Of a DNA stretch of 64,000 bases, positions 9,509 to 18,185 are shown in pieces (positions within the stretch are counted from its first letter, which is position 1; each line of letters starts with the position of its first letter). This DNA comes from a virus, in IMG/VR virus record IMGVR_UViG_3300033121_000149, positions 1 to 64,000 of that record, one strand, 5' to 3'. The notes under the pieces are model-generated. The model did not search any database. It saw only the letters and a list, made by a program, of their open reading frames with translations, and was not told the origin of the DNA. The translations under genes were made by a program, and so were the position numbers.

Positions 9509-9778
9509 ATGAATGGATTTCAATTAGGGTTAGCTATTGTACTAGAATCAGTAACAGTTAGGTTACAAAAACGTATAGAGAGTAGAGATATTCTAGATAC
9601 ACCTTTCGATATGATTGAGAGGGAAATTAAAGAAATGAGAGCTGAGTACGAAGCAGTTAAGGAACAGTTTGAGAATATGTCAACCGAAGAAAAGCAACGA
9701 GAAATTGATAAGGTGTTGAACTCGTTAGAAGAACAAGGTATTGTTAAGAAAGATGTAAACAAAGGCGAATTACAATGA
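9509..9778 (+). CDS. hypothetical protein (89 aa)
   Basis: TAGGAG RBS. Confidence 0.55.
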   Translation: MNGFQLGLAIVLESVTVRLQKRIESRDILDTPFDMIEREIKEMRAEYEAVKEQFENMSTEEKQREIDKVLNSLEEQGIVKKDVNKGELQ

Positions 9779-9945
9779 CAGTATTATTAGCATTAATTTC
9801 TGTAACTATTGCAGTATTGTTGAGTCCTTCAGTAAGGTTAGTATTATTACTACCATTTATGACACTTTTCAAGTATACTATGTTAGTAGTATCCAGTGAT
9901 ATTGGATTAGTGTTAATTGCGATAGTTACGAGATTATTATGGTAA
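9775..9945 (+). CDS. small membrane protein (56 aa, two hydrophobic segments)
   Basis: ATGA overlap; hydrophobic translation MTVLLALISVTIAVLL. Confidence 0.4.
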   Translation: MTVLLALISVTIAVLLSPSVRLVLLLPFMTLFKYTMLVVSSDIGLVLIAIVTRLLW

Positions 9946-10145
9946 AGCGTAAAAAGAAACGTGTTCAAGTCAAGGACGACGAGATAAAGATTCCTAAGAC
10001 AGTAATCGATTCCAAGATGGAGTCGATTCATGTTAGTAATATTCATATGGATGCTTGGGTCGACACTGACACAGTATTCTATTGGATGTCCGAGGAAGAT
10101 TTACTAGACACGTTTCATTTTGCGTATGCTTCTTACGAGGAGTAG
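9939..10145 (+). CDS. hypothetical protein (68 aa)
   Basis: ORF. Confidence 0.45.
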   Translation: MVKRKKKRVQVKDDEIKIPKTVIDSKMESIHVSNIHMDAWVDTDTVFYWMSEEDLLDTFHFAYASYEE

Positions 10146-10151
10146 TATTAT

Positions 10152-10409
10152 ATGGTTAGTAGAATTAAATACGAACGTAGATCTGACGTTAATAACGAGT
10201 ACTGTACACCTCTCTACGTACTTCTAGGTGAGATAGTATACGGTTATGTTACACCTTCAACGTATGGTGTTAAATACCTACGTGGTGATATTATCTATCA
10301 TAACACATGTGATAATCTACGTCAAGGTAAAAGTAAATTAAAAAAGAAATTAGTAGAGTTAGGTGTTGTATTTTACGAGGAAGTTAGAAGTGGACGTAGT
10401 ACTCCTTAA
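10152..10409 (+). CDS. hypothetical protein (85 aa)
   Basis: ORF with GAGGAG upstream. Confidence 0.5.
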   Translation: MVSRIKYERRSDVNNEYCTPLYVLLGEIVYGYVTPSTYGVKYLRGDIIYHNTCDNLRQGKSKLKKKLVELGVVFYEEVRSGRSTP

Positions 10410-10504
10410 ATTTAGATACACAATACTCTCGATCTTTTAAAGTTTTTATCCACGTTACTAGTATAGTATACGTTAAAAAATGATGTCAAGCGTTATTTTA
10501 AAGT

Positions 10505-10535
10505 TTTTTAAAAGAAACGTTATTTTATAAGAGGT
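10505..10535 (+). promoter_or_regulatory. conserved upstream motif copy 2
   Basis: TTTTTTAAAAGAAACGTTATTTTATAAGAGG. Confidence 0.4.
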
Positions 10536-10540
10536 TATGT

Positions 10541-10801
10541 ATGTCGATAACAAAACAATGGAAAGTAACAGATTGGGGACAGATTCCAGACACTCCTGTT
10601 TACGGTGGACGTAATAAACCAGAGGTTGTAAACTCTATAGATCAGAAATACTGTAATCATGAATGGAAGGAAATACTCTTACTAAATACTACAGTGTATA
10701 ACTGTAAACACTGTGATAAAAAGAAAGAAGATTATGAAAAAGAACAGAAAGAGTCAAGCACTACCGAGTGGAAGACTGATTGGCGTGATTACATTTATTA
10801 A
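10541..10801 (+). CDS. hypothetical zinc-ribbon protein (86 aa)
   Basis: CNHEW...CKHC; preceded by conserved AAAAGAAACGTTATTTTATAAGAGG motif. Confidence 0.5.
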   Translation: MSITKQWKVTDWGQIPDTPVYGGRNKPEVVNSIDQKYCNHEWKEILLLNTTVYNCKHCDKKKEDYEKEQKESSTTEWKTDWRDYIY

Positions 10802-10825
10802 CATGTTACTTGCTTTTACAGCTAG

Positions 10826-11107
10826 TTGTATGTTAACATTAATATTATTTATACTAATGATGAGGTTGGTATGGTAAAGAGAAGAGTTGTTTTAAGACGT
10901 TTAAAACAGAAGAAACAAGTAGAAGATCATGGTAGAATGTTTTGTGAGTACTGTGATAAAACAGTATACGAACGAAATAGTATACATAGACAACACGATG
11001 ATGCTACTGCAGATCACATAATACCACGTGCCAAGGGTGGTAAAGATACGTATGATAATATAGCAGTATGTTGTTGGGAATGTAACTGGCAAAAGAGAGA
11101 TTCATAA
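10826..11107 (+). CDS. HNH endonuclease (93 aa)
   Basis: CEYC...DHIIP...DNIAVCCWECNWQK HNH signature. Confidence 0.6.
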   Translation: MYVNINIIYTNDEVGMVKRRVVLRRLKQKKQVEDHGRMFCEYCDKTVYERNSIHRQHDDATADHIIPRAKGGKDTYDNIAVCCWECNWQKRDS

Positions 11108-11337
11108 TGAATAATAATGACGATGATAATAAAGAAGTAACGTGTATTTATTGTGGTAATGATTGGGAAGGATTAGCAGTATGTCGTATGTGTCAAGCTC
11201 ATATATGCGATCAATGTCAAAAAAATGTGTACCCTGAAGAACCTAGTGAATATGTACATGTTGACAGTCGTAAGTCTTATTTTTTATGTCAGAAGTGTGG
11301 GATAAAACATGCTCAGTTTTATGTTCCTATACTATAG
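11107..11337 (+). CDS. Cys-rich zinc-finger protein (76 aa)
   Basis: Multiple CxxC pairs. Confidence 0.5.
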   Translation: MNNNDDDNKEVTCIYCGNDWEGLAVCRMCQAHICDQCQKNVYPEEPSEYVHVDSRKSYFLCQKCGIKHAQFYVPIL

Positions 11338-11349
11338 AGAAGGTAATAT

Positions 11350-11526
11350 ATGAAACAAAAAAATATAAGTGACGAGTTAAGTGATGAATTAACAGCCTCG
11401 CTATGGGACTCGCTAAGGGACTCGCTATGGTACTCGCTAGGGAACTCGCTATGGTACTCGCTATACGATTGGCTAGGGAACTCGCTATGTAGGGAGTATG
11501 AATTTAATAACAAGGAGAATGTATGA
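11350..11526 (+). repeat. MKQENIS cassette 7 (degenerate; MKQKNISDEL, about 8 units, divergent 3' end)
   Basis: Conserved 5' end; CTCGCTA units; ATGA overlap at 11523. Confidence 0.75.
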
Positions 11527-11915
11527 AACAATTAGTATTAATGTCATTATTATGTACAACATTAACAGGGTGTGGAAAGTGGTATGCAAGTTGGCAAGGT
11601 GAGATAGCTAAAATCGAAAAACAAAAATCAGGTGAAGCTCAGTTATTAGAGGCTGAAAACACTAAACGTATTGCTATTGAAGACGCTAAGGCTAAGTTAG
11701 AGTCAGCTCGATTATTAGCTCAAGCTGAAGTTGAACGTGCAAAGGGTGTAGCAGAAGCTAATCAGATTATTGGAGATAGCTTAAAAGGTAACGAAGCGTA
11801 TTTACGTTATTTATATATCTCGAATTTAGAAAAAGCAGAATCGAATGGATCTGTTAACACTATTTACATTCCAACAGAAGCAGGATTACCTATTTTAGAG
11901 GCTAGGAATAAGTAA
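11523..11915 (+). CDS. lipoprotein (130 aa) with SPFH/HflC-like C-terminal region
   Basis: Signal LMSLLCTTLTGC lipobox; AEAERAKGVAEA...AYLRYLYI resembles SPFH C-terminus. Confidence 0.5.
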   Translation: MKQLVLMSLLCTTLTGCGKWYASWQGEIAKIEKQKSGEAQLLEAENTKRIAIEDAKAKLESARLLAQAEVERAKGVAEANQIIGDSLKGNEAYLRYLYISNLEKAESNGSVNTIYIPTEAGLPILEARNK

Positions 11916-11944
11916 AATTGATCCCAAGTGATTTGAATTGTATT

Positions 11945-11975
11945 TTTAAAAAGAAAGGGTTTTTATTTTTAGAGG
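11945..11975 (+). promoter_or_regulatory. conserved upstream motif copy 3
   Basis: TTTTAAAAAGAAAGGGTTTTTATTTTTAGAGG. Confidence 0.4.
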
Positions 11976-11979
11976 TGTT

Positions 11980-12417
11980 ATGGAATTAGTTTACAAAAAA
12001 GGTGATTTATTACAAGCCATGCGAGATAAAGAGGTCGATCATATTATACATGGTTGTAACTCTTTAGGAGTTATGGGTTCAGGTATCGCTAAACAGATTC
12101 GTGATGAATATCCTAAATGTTTTGAAGTGTATAAGAATGGAGTTCTTAGATTAGGTTGGAGTAGTCATTACAAAGATGGAGAAGCTAGTATATTTAATCT
12201 AATAACACAATCAGACTTTCATCCTAGAACAGTTAGACATTGTAATTACGAAGCTCTCGCTGTTGGATTACATGATCTTAATGAATTATATGCTGGATCA
12301 CATTTTGGCTTACCTAAGATTGGCGCAGGACTAGGTGGTGGTGATTGGAATGTTATAGAAGCGATAATAAAAAGCGAAATGAAGGACTGTAAGGTAACTA
12401 TCTATACATTGGAGTAA
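11980..12417 (+). CDS. Macro domain protein (ADP-ribose binding/hydrolase)
   Basis: IIHGCNSLGVMGSGIA and GLPKIGAGLGGGDW macro motifs; conserved upstream motif. Confidence 0.65.
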   Translation: MELVYKKGDLLQAMRDKEVDHIIHGCNSLGVMGSGIAKQIRDEYPKCFEVYKNGVLRLGWSSHYKDGEASIFNLITQSDFHPRTVRHCNYEALAVGLHDLNELYAGSHFGLPKIGAGLGGGDWNVIEAIIKSEMKDCKVTIYTLE

Positions 12418-12421
12418 TAAC

Positions 12422-12619
12422 ATGAAACAAGTTAATATAAGTGACGAGTTATGGGACTCGCTATGGAACTCGCTATGGTGCTCGCTATGGGACTCGCTAA
12501 GGAACTCGCTAAGGTACTCGCTAAGGGACTCGCTAAGGAACTCGCTAGGGTACTCGCTAAGGAACTCGCTATGTAACTCGCTAAGGAACTCGCTACGGAG
12601 GGAGTATGGAGAATATTAG
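12422..12619 (+). repeat. MKQENIS cassette 8. Minigene (65 aa), 12 repeat units
   Basis: Conserved ends (MKQVNISDEL variant). Confidence 0.85.
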
Positions 12620-12868
12620 CTACGATCTTGTTAATACAACATGGGAGAGTTTATATAAATATACTCTATTAAATCACTATTATTTAAGACAATTACACGA
12701 TGATTTAAATGTACTATATTCAATACGGAGATGTACTGTATGAAAAATATTAGCCACGAATTAAGTAATGAGATATGGATAAACTTAATGACACCTGTTT
12801 CGGGAACACCTACTTTTGATATGATAGACGATAAACTTCGAATGTTGTTAATATGGAGATTACCATGA
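12606..12868 (+). other. Two MxNIS-family minigenes (12606-12743 MENISYDL, 12740-12868 MKNISHEL), ATGA-linked
   Basis: Family N-terminal motif; overlaps. Confidence 0.35.
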
Positions 12869-13677
12869 TAATACTAAATCACTCAGGATTACAAACTATC
12901 ATCAAACCTACTATCTTTCCAGATGGTACACAACAAGTATGGAAACTAGAGTTACTTAAAAGTAATAATTGTAACATAGTATGGAAGTATGAAAATGATG
13001 GAGAGCTTATAACACTTGCACAACTCATTGACTTACTTAAAAACGAAGGTATTCAAATTACTGGTATCTTTATTCCGTTCTTACCTTACGCACGACAGGA
13101 TAAATTAATAAGCAACACAACAACATTCGGACTTAATACGTTTTGTCGTATGTTAAATCAGATAACTGGAAACATAAATGTTTATTCGTTGGATATACAT
13201 AACAATGCTTATGGATCAGTCGAAAACATCGAACCTACTGAGTATATTCTTAAAGCTATTATAGAAAGCGAAGCTAGTCGTATTTGTTTCCCAGACAAGG
13301 GAGCTTTTAGACGTTACCATTCAGTAGTTCCTGATAATAAAGGTATCATAACACTTAATAAAATGCGTAATCAGGAAACAGGTGAGATCGTTGAAATGAG
13401 TCTTATATCAAACGATAAGGCTTTAATTAATGGAGGAGTGTTAATAGTTGACGATATTTGTGACGGAGGTGCAACGTTTATTAACACCGTTAAGTCATTA
13501 CGTTCAAACAGTATATTTCAAGGTTGTAACATTGATCTATACACTACTCATGGAATATACTCAAAGGGTATAAACAATTTAATTGACAACGGTATTAACA
13601 AACTCTATACTACAGATAGCTTTTGTAAGCTAGAAGAAAACAAACGATTAAAGATATTTCAAACGAGGTTTAAATGA
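12853..13677 (+). CDS. Prs-family ribose-phosphate pyrophosphokinase homologue (274 aa), candidate ADPR pyrophosphokinase (Adps) of an NAD reconstitution pathway; alt start 12865
   Basis: IPFLPYARQDK and VLIVDDICDGGAT PRPP-binding motifs; ATGA overlap with downstream Nampt-like gene. Confidence 0.6.
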   Translation: MEITMIILNHSGLQTIIKPTIFPDGTQQVWKLELLKSNNCNIVWKYENDGELITLAQLIDLLKNEGIQITGIFIPFLPYARQDKLISNTTTFGLNTFCRMLNQITGNINVYSLDIHNNAYGSVENIEPTEYILKAIIESEASRICFPDKGAFRRYHSVVPDNKGIITLNKMRNQETGEIVEMSLISNDKALINGGVLIVDDICDGGATFINTVKSLRSNSIFQGCNIDLYTTHGIYSKGINNLIDNGINKLYTTDSFCKLEENKRLKIFQTRFK

Positions 13678-15179
13678 AAGGCTTAATTCCTACACTTTTA
13701 TGTGATTTCTATAAAACTTGCCATCGAGAGCAATATCCACAAGGTACTGAAGTTGTATATTCAACTTGGACTCCACGTTCAGGTAAATTAGCTCCTAATA
13801 TTAAACATGTTGTATCGTTTGGTATCGAAGGATTTATCAAAGAATTTTTATTAGATTACTTTAACGAAAACTTTTTCAGTAGATCTAAACAAGATGTGGT
13901 AAACGAGTATAGTAGATATATGAAGAACTGTCTTCTTATTACTAATCCTCATACACAACACATTGAAGATTTACACGATTTAGGTTATTTACCTTTACAT
14001 ATTAAAGCATTAGAAGAAGGAACTCTGTTACCATTTAGAGTACCAATGTTGACAGTTGAGAATACCGATCCTCGTTTCTTCTGGTTGACAAATTATATCG
14101 AAACATTAGCATCAGCTAATCTATGGAAGCCAGCAACAACAGCTTCTATTGCTAAAGTTTATAATGATGTATTAACAAAGTTTGCAATGGAAACAGTTGG
14201 AGATGCAGGATTTGTACAGTTTCAAGGACACGATTTTTCAATGAGAGGAATGTCAGGTCTAGAAGATTCAGCGAGATCAGGAGCTGGACATTTACTATCA
14301 TTTGTCGGCACTGACACTATTCCAGCTATTCAATATGTAGAAGCTTATTATGGAGCTAATGTTGAAAAAGAATTAATTGGTTGTTCAGTAAACGCTAGTG
14401 AACATTCCGTGATGTGTTGTGGCAGCAAAGAAGGTGAATATGAAACATATCGTAGATTAATTCAAGATGTATATCCAACTGGTATTGTATCTTTAGTATC
14501 AGATACATGGGATTTGTTTAATGTTATTACAAACATTCTTCCACAATTAAAACCTATCATCATGTCACGTAATGGCGGTGAAGGTTCTATCGATAAAGTT
14601 GTAATTAGACCTGACTCAGGTGATCCTGCTGACATTCTATGTGGTGATCCTAAAGCTCCGGTAGGTAGTCCAGAAAGTAAAGGTGTAGTAGAACTTCTAT
14701 TTGAAATATTCGGAGGATCAACTAACGATAAAGGATTTAAATTACTTGATTCACATATCGGTGCTATTTACGGAGACTCTATCACTATCGACAGATGTAC
14801 TGAAATCTGTCAACGCTTAAAAGATAAAGGATTTGCTTCAACTAATGTTGTGTTCGGTATTGGTTCATATACATATCAGTATTTAACAAGAGATAGTTTA
14901 GGGTTTGCAATGAAAGCAACTTCTGTTACTATCAATGGTGTACAACAAGCGATCTTTAAAGACCCTAAAACTGACAACGGTACTAAGAAATCAGCTATGG
15001 GTAGAGTAAAAGTTATTAAAGATAAAGGAACGTTAGTAATGTTAGATGAAAGTAATAACGATCACCCAACGGCAGATGATTTACTAACAACAGTTTTCTT
15101 AAATGGAAAACTTACACGTAGTTCAACGTTTGGAGAGATCAGAGAACGATTAAAAGTTAATTCAAGTGAACTAAAGTAG
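13674..15179 (+). CDS. Nampt-family phosphoribosyltransferase (501 aa), NadV or Namat
   Basis: Size and N-terminus typical of nicotinamide phosphoribosyltransferase family; operon with Prs-like gene. Confidence 0.6.
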   Translation: MKGLIPTLLCDFYKTCHREQYPQGTEVVYSTWTPRSGKLAPNIKHVVSFGIEGFIKEFLLDYFNENFFSRSKQDVVNEYSRYMKNCLLITNPHTQHIEDLHDLGYLPLHIKALEEGTLLPFRVPMLTVENTDPRFFWLTNYIETLASANLWKPATTASIAKVYNDVLTKFAMETVGDAGFVQFQGHDFSMRGMSGLEDSARSGAGHLLSFVGTDTIPAIQYVEAYYGANVEKELIGCSVNASEHSVMCCGSKEGEYETYRRLIQDVYPTGIVSLVSDTWDLFNVITNILPQLKPIIMSRNGGEGSIDKVVIRPDSGDPADILCGDPKAPVGSPESKGVVELLFEIFGGSTNDKGFKLLDSHIGAIYGDSITIDRCTEICQRLKDKGFASTNVVFGIGSYTYQYLTRDSLGFAMKATSVTINGVQQAIFKDPKTDNGTKKSAMGRVKVIKDKGTLVMLDESNNDHPTADDLLTTVFLNGKLTRSSTFGEIRERLKVNSSELK

Positions 15180-15354
15180 TATCTTATATATGCCAGCTAT
15201 GTCTACCAACAACTGGTTAATTATAAGAGACACCACTAAAGATTATATATGGTAGGATGTATAATAGAGTAAGAAAACAGTAAGGTCATGTGGAGCCGCA
15301 TCAAAGTCTTAAAAATTTGTCGCTTACTCACTTCTAACGAATGTTGGAAAACTA

Positions 15355-15378
15355 GAACCGAGAAATCGGTTCTTTTTA
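15355..15378 (+). terminator. intrinsic terminator (GAACCGA-GAAA-TCGGTTC + TTTTTA)
   Basis: Perfect 7-bp stem, GNRA loop, T-tract. Confidence 0.7.
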
Positions 15379-15379
15379 T

Positions 15380-15406
15380 TTGACATATACTAAATATTAA
15401 TATAAG
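15380..15406 (+). promoter_or_regulatory. sigma70-like promoter TTGACA-N15-TATAAG upstream of flotillin gene
   Basis: Consensus -35, -10-like hexamer, followed by GGAGG RBS. Confidence 0.5.
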
Positions 15407-15434
15407 CTGTAATAGAAATACCATAGGAGGTATC

Positions 15435-16853
15435 ATGACAATTTCAACGTTATTATTTTCAGGTTTAGGGTTAGCTTTGTTTGCTATCTCTTTCTTTCTA
15501 GCTGCGTTATGGAGACGAGTTGTTCCAACTAATGAAGTACATATTGTACAAACGAAGGGACAGACAATTAGTTACGGTAAGGATACAGGTAACGGTAACG
15601 TGTATTACCAAGTACCTACATGGGTTCCGTTGTTTGGTATCGAGAAAGTTGTATTACCAGTAAGTGTATTCGACATTGAGTTAAACGCTTACGAAGCTTA
15701 TGATAAAGGTAGACTACCATTCGTTGTTGACGTTAAAGCTTTCTTCCGTGTATCGGATTCATCAACAGCAGCTCAACGTGTTGCTAACTTTAGTGAATTA
15801 AAGGATCAACTTGTTGCAGTAGTACAAGGTGCTGTTCGTGCTATTCTAGCAGGTAGTGACATTGAAGAGATTATGCAAGGACGATCTAAGTTTGGTGATG
15901 AATTTACTAAAGAAGTAAAAGAACAATTAACTCATTGGGGTGTAGAACCTGTTAAGAATATCGAGTTAATGGACTTACGTGATAGCAAATCTAGTAATGT
16001 TATCCACAACATCATGGAGAAAAAGAAATCGATGATTGAAATGGAATCAAGACAAGAAGTTGCTAAGAATATGAAGACAGCTCAGATTGCTGAAATCGAA
16101 GCTAAAAGAGAAATCGAATTAAATAAACAAGAAGCTGAACAACAAGTAGGTTTACGTACAGTTGAAGCTAAACGTAAAGTCGATCTCGCCGAAGAAGATA
16201 GAAAACAGATGATTACAGATCAAGCTAAAACTACAGCAGAGAAAGCCGCTGAAGTATTAAGAGTTCAAAAGGTTAAAGCTGCTGAAATCGAGAAACAATC
16301 TCAGATTATTAAAGCTGAACAAGAAAAGACTACGGCTCTTTTAAAAGCAGAACAGGACAAAGCTACTGCTATCTTAAATGCAGAAGCTTCATTTGAATCT
16401 GTTAATAGAAAAGCAGAAGCTGATCTTAATAAGAATGTTAAAGACGCTGAAGGTTTAAAAGCTATCGGTAATGCTAAAGCAGAAGCTGAGAAACTTATGT
16501 TACTAGCTCCGGTCGAAGCACAAACTAGATTAGCTAAAGAGATTGGTGAAAATAAATCATACCAAGAATATCTAATTCAAATTAGAAAAGTTGAAGCTGA
16601 ACAAAATGTAGGTATTGAACAAGCTAAATCTTTACACCAAGCTGAAATTAAGATCATCGCAAATACTGGTTCAGCTACCAGTGGTATTAAATCAGTAATG
16701 GATATCTTTTCATCACAAGGTGGTGTACAATTAGGTGCAATGTTAGAAGGATTACAAAATACAGATACAGGTAAAGCATTACTAAGTACGTTAGGTGTTA
16801 AAGAACAAGCTGAAACTAAAGCAACTAGTTCAGCTACTGTTAAAAAACAATAA
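15435..16853 (+). CDS. flotillin-like SPFH/band-7 protein (472 aa) with N-terminal TM
   Basis: N-terminal hydrophobic segment, SPFH core, C-terminal EA/KA-rich flotillin repeats. Confidence 0.65.
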   Translation: MTISTLLFSGLGLALFAISFFLAALWRRVVPTNEVHIVQTKGQTISYGKDTGNGNVYYQVPTWVPLFGIEKVVLPVSVFDIELNAYEAYDKGRLPFVVDVKAFFRVSDSSTAAQRVANFSELKDQLVAVVQGAVRAILAGSDIEEIMQGRSKFGDEFTKEVKEQLTHWGVEPVKNIELMDLRDSKSSNVIHNIMEKKKSMIEMESRQEVAKNMKTAQIAEIEAKREIELNKQEAEQQVGLRTVEAKRKVDLAEEDRKQMITDQAKTTAEKAAEVLRVQKVKAAEIEKQSQIIKAEQEKTTALLKAEQDKATAILNAEASFESVNRKAEADLNKNVKDAEGLKAIGNAKAEAEKLMLLAPVEAQTRLAKEIGENKSYQEYLIQIRKVEAEQNVGIEQAKSLHQAEIKIIANTGSATSGIKSVMDIFSSQGGVQLGAMLEGLQNTDTGKALLSTLGVKEQAETKATSSATVKKQ

Positions 16854-16862
16854 GTTACATAC

Positions 16863-16896
16863 GAGCTATTCGGAATTACCGAATAGCTCCTTTATA
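16863..16896 (+). terminator. intrinsic terminator (11-bp stem GAGCTATTCGG/CCGAATAGCTC, loop AATTA, T-rich tail)
   Basis: Perfect inverted repeat followed by CTTTATAT. Confidence 0.65.
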
Positions 16897-16972
16897 TCAG
16901 AAGTAGTTAAATTGGTTATAACGATGGATTGTGAGTCCGTAGTAAAGAGTTCGAATCTCTTCTTCTGAACCA
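16897..16972 (+). tRNA. tRNA-His: tRNA-His (anticodon GTG), no encoded G-1, A73, encoded CCA
   Basis: Hand-folded cloverleaf: acceptor TCAGAAG/CTTCTGA, D-arm GTTA/TAAC, anticodon stem ATGGA/TCCGT, loop TTGTGAG, T-arm AAGAG-TTCGAAT-CTCTT. Confidence 0.7.
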
Positions 16973-17038
16973 TAATATTATACCTTATCGGGTATAATAT
17001 TAACAGAAACGATAGATCTACACCCGATAGGGTATAAA

Positions 17039-17557
17039 ATGAATACAAAAATAAGTAAAGATTTATTCGACAAGTTAACATCTAACAAGCATATATCGTA
17101 TACAGTAGGCTCTACTCTCCATAATAACAGAAAACAAAACAGTGATACAGATTATGTATTAGTACTATCTGATAACGACTTAGTTGAAGATATAACATAT
17201 CAATATAACAACGGTACTGATGATTTTATCATAGTCAATGAAAGTAGATTCAATAGATGTAGAGAAGATGGTAGCGATATTGTATTCTTCGAAGCTGATC
17301 CTATTAAACCTAATAAAAATATTATACGTGCATACTTAGGACTTGCTAAACGAGATTGGAAAGAGTATATTAAAACAGGGAATAAGAAAAAGAAGTATCA
17401 CGCAATTAGGTGTTATTGTATAGCTTCAAGTCTTTATAAACACGGTAAACCTCAACTTGATTACAATGCGTATATTGCAGAAATAGAGACTTCTAATTTA
17501 AAAGATTGTGATTTACCTGATATGTATAACAGTCTTAGGCGAAAATTAAATGAGTAA
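17039..17557 (+). CDS. Pol-beta superfamily nucleotidyltransferase (172 aa)
   Basis: GS-x12-DTD motif (TVGSTLHNNRKQNSDTDYVLVL). Confidence 0.5.
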   Translation: MNTKISKDLFDKLTSNKHISYTVGSTLHNNRKQNSDTDYVLVLSDNDLVEDITYQYNNGTDDFIIVNESRFNRCREDGSDIVFFEADPIKPNKNIIRAYLGLAKRDWKEYIKTGNKKKKYHAIRCYCIASSLYKHGKPQLDYNAYIAEIETSNLKDCDLPDMYNSLRRKLNE

Positions 17558-18185
17558 AACGTACTTTATATCAGATACCCATTTCTTTCATGATAATATC
17601 ATAAGATTCTGTAACAGACCTTTTATTGACATTGAACATATGCACACAAGACTTATCAATAACTGGAATAAAGTCGTAAAACAAGATGATACTGTTATTA
17701 TAGTAGGTGATTTCTCGTTTGGTAAAGCAGAAGATACTCGATCAATTGTTTCACAACTTAAAGGTAAGAAAATTCTAATACGTGGAAATCATGACAAAAA
17801 TGTGAATGTAGGATTCGATCATGTATGTGAAGAGATGATGTTAACAATAGCAAATGAACGTGTTTTAATTTCTCATTACCCTTATAGACATACTAAAATA
17901 CGAAGGTTGTTATTTAAACTAAAACATTTATTAAAAGGTGTTATAATCAGAGATAGAAAAAACTGGCACTATCCAGAAGATCGTGGGTTATATCTTATTC
18001 ATGGACATACACATGATAAAGAAAGGATCAAAGGTCGTATGATACATGTAGGTGTTGATGCTTGGAATTTTAAACCAGTACCTTTGCAAGCAATAGCTGA
18101 TTTAATTGTTCAATCGAGGAGAAAAAATGAAACTATTAGACGACTACTACAATCCTGTTCATGGCTTAGAACTAGAACCAAATAA
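17550..18185 (+). CDS. calcineurin-like metallophosphoesterase (211 aa)
   Basis: DTHF, GDF, GNHD, GHTH motifs in order. Confidence 0.7.
   Translation: MSKTYFISDTHFFHDNIIRFCNRPFIDIEHMHTRLINNWNKVVKQDDTVIIVGDFSFGKAEDTRSIVSQLKGKKILIRGNHDKNVNVGFDHVCEEMMLTIANERVLISHYPYRHTKIRRLLFKLKHLLKGVIIRDRKNWHYPEDRGLYLIHGHTHDKERIKGRMIHVGVDAWNFKPVPLQAIADLIVQSRRKNETIRRLLQSCSWLRTRTK

Noticed and set aside
10410-10540. Small RNA or second tRNA in AT-rich gap with TTTTAAAGTTTTT direct repeats
   Set aside because: No cloverleaf or stable stem found by eye. Region better explained by the conserved upstream motif.
12853-13677. Plain housekeeping PRPP synthetase call
   Set aside because: Motifs alone cannot distinguish Prs from Adps. 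Tight coupling to a Nampt-like gene without Nmnat favours the NARP1-type role. Annotated as a candidate, not a certainty.
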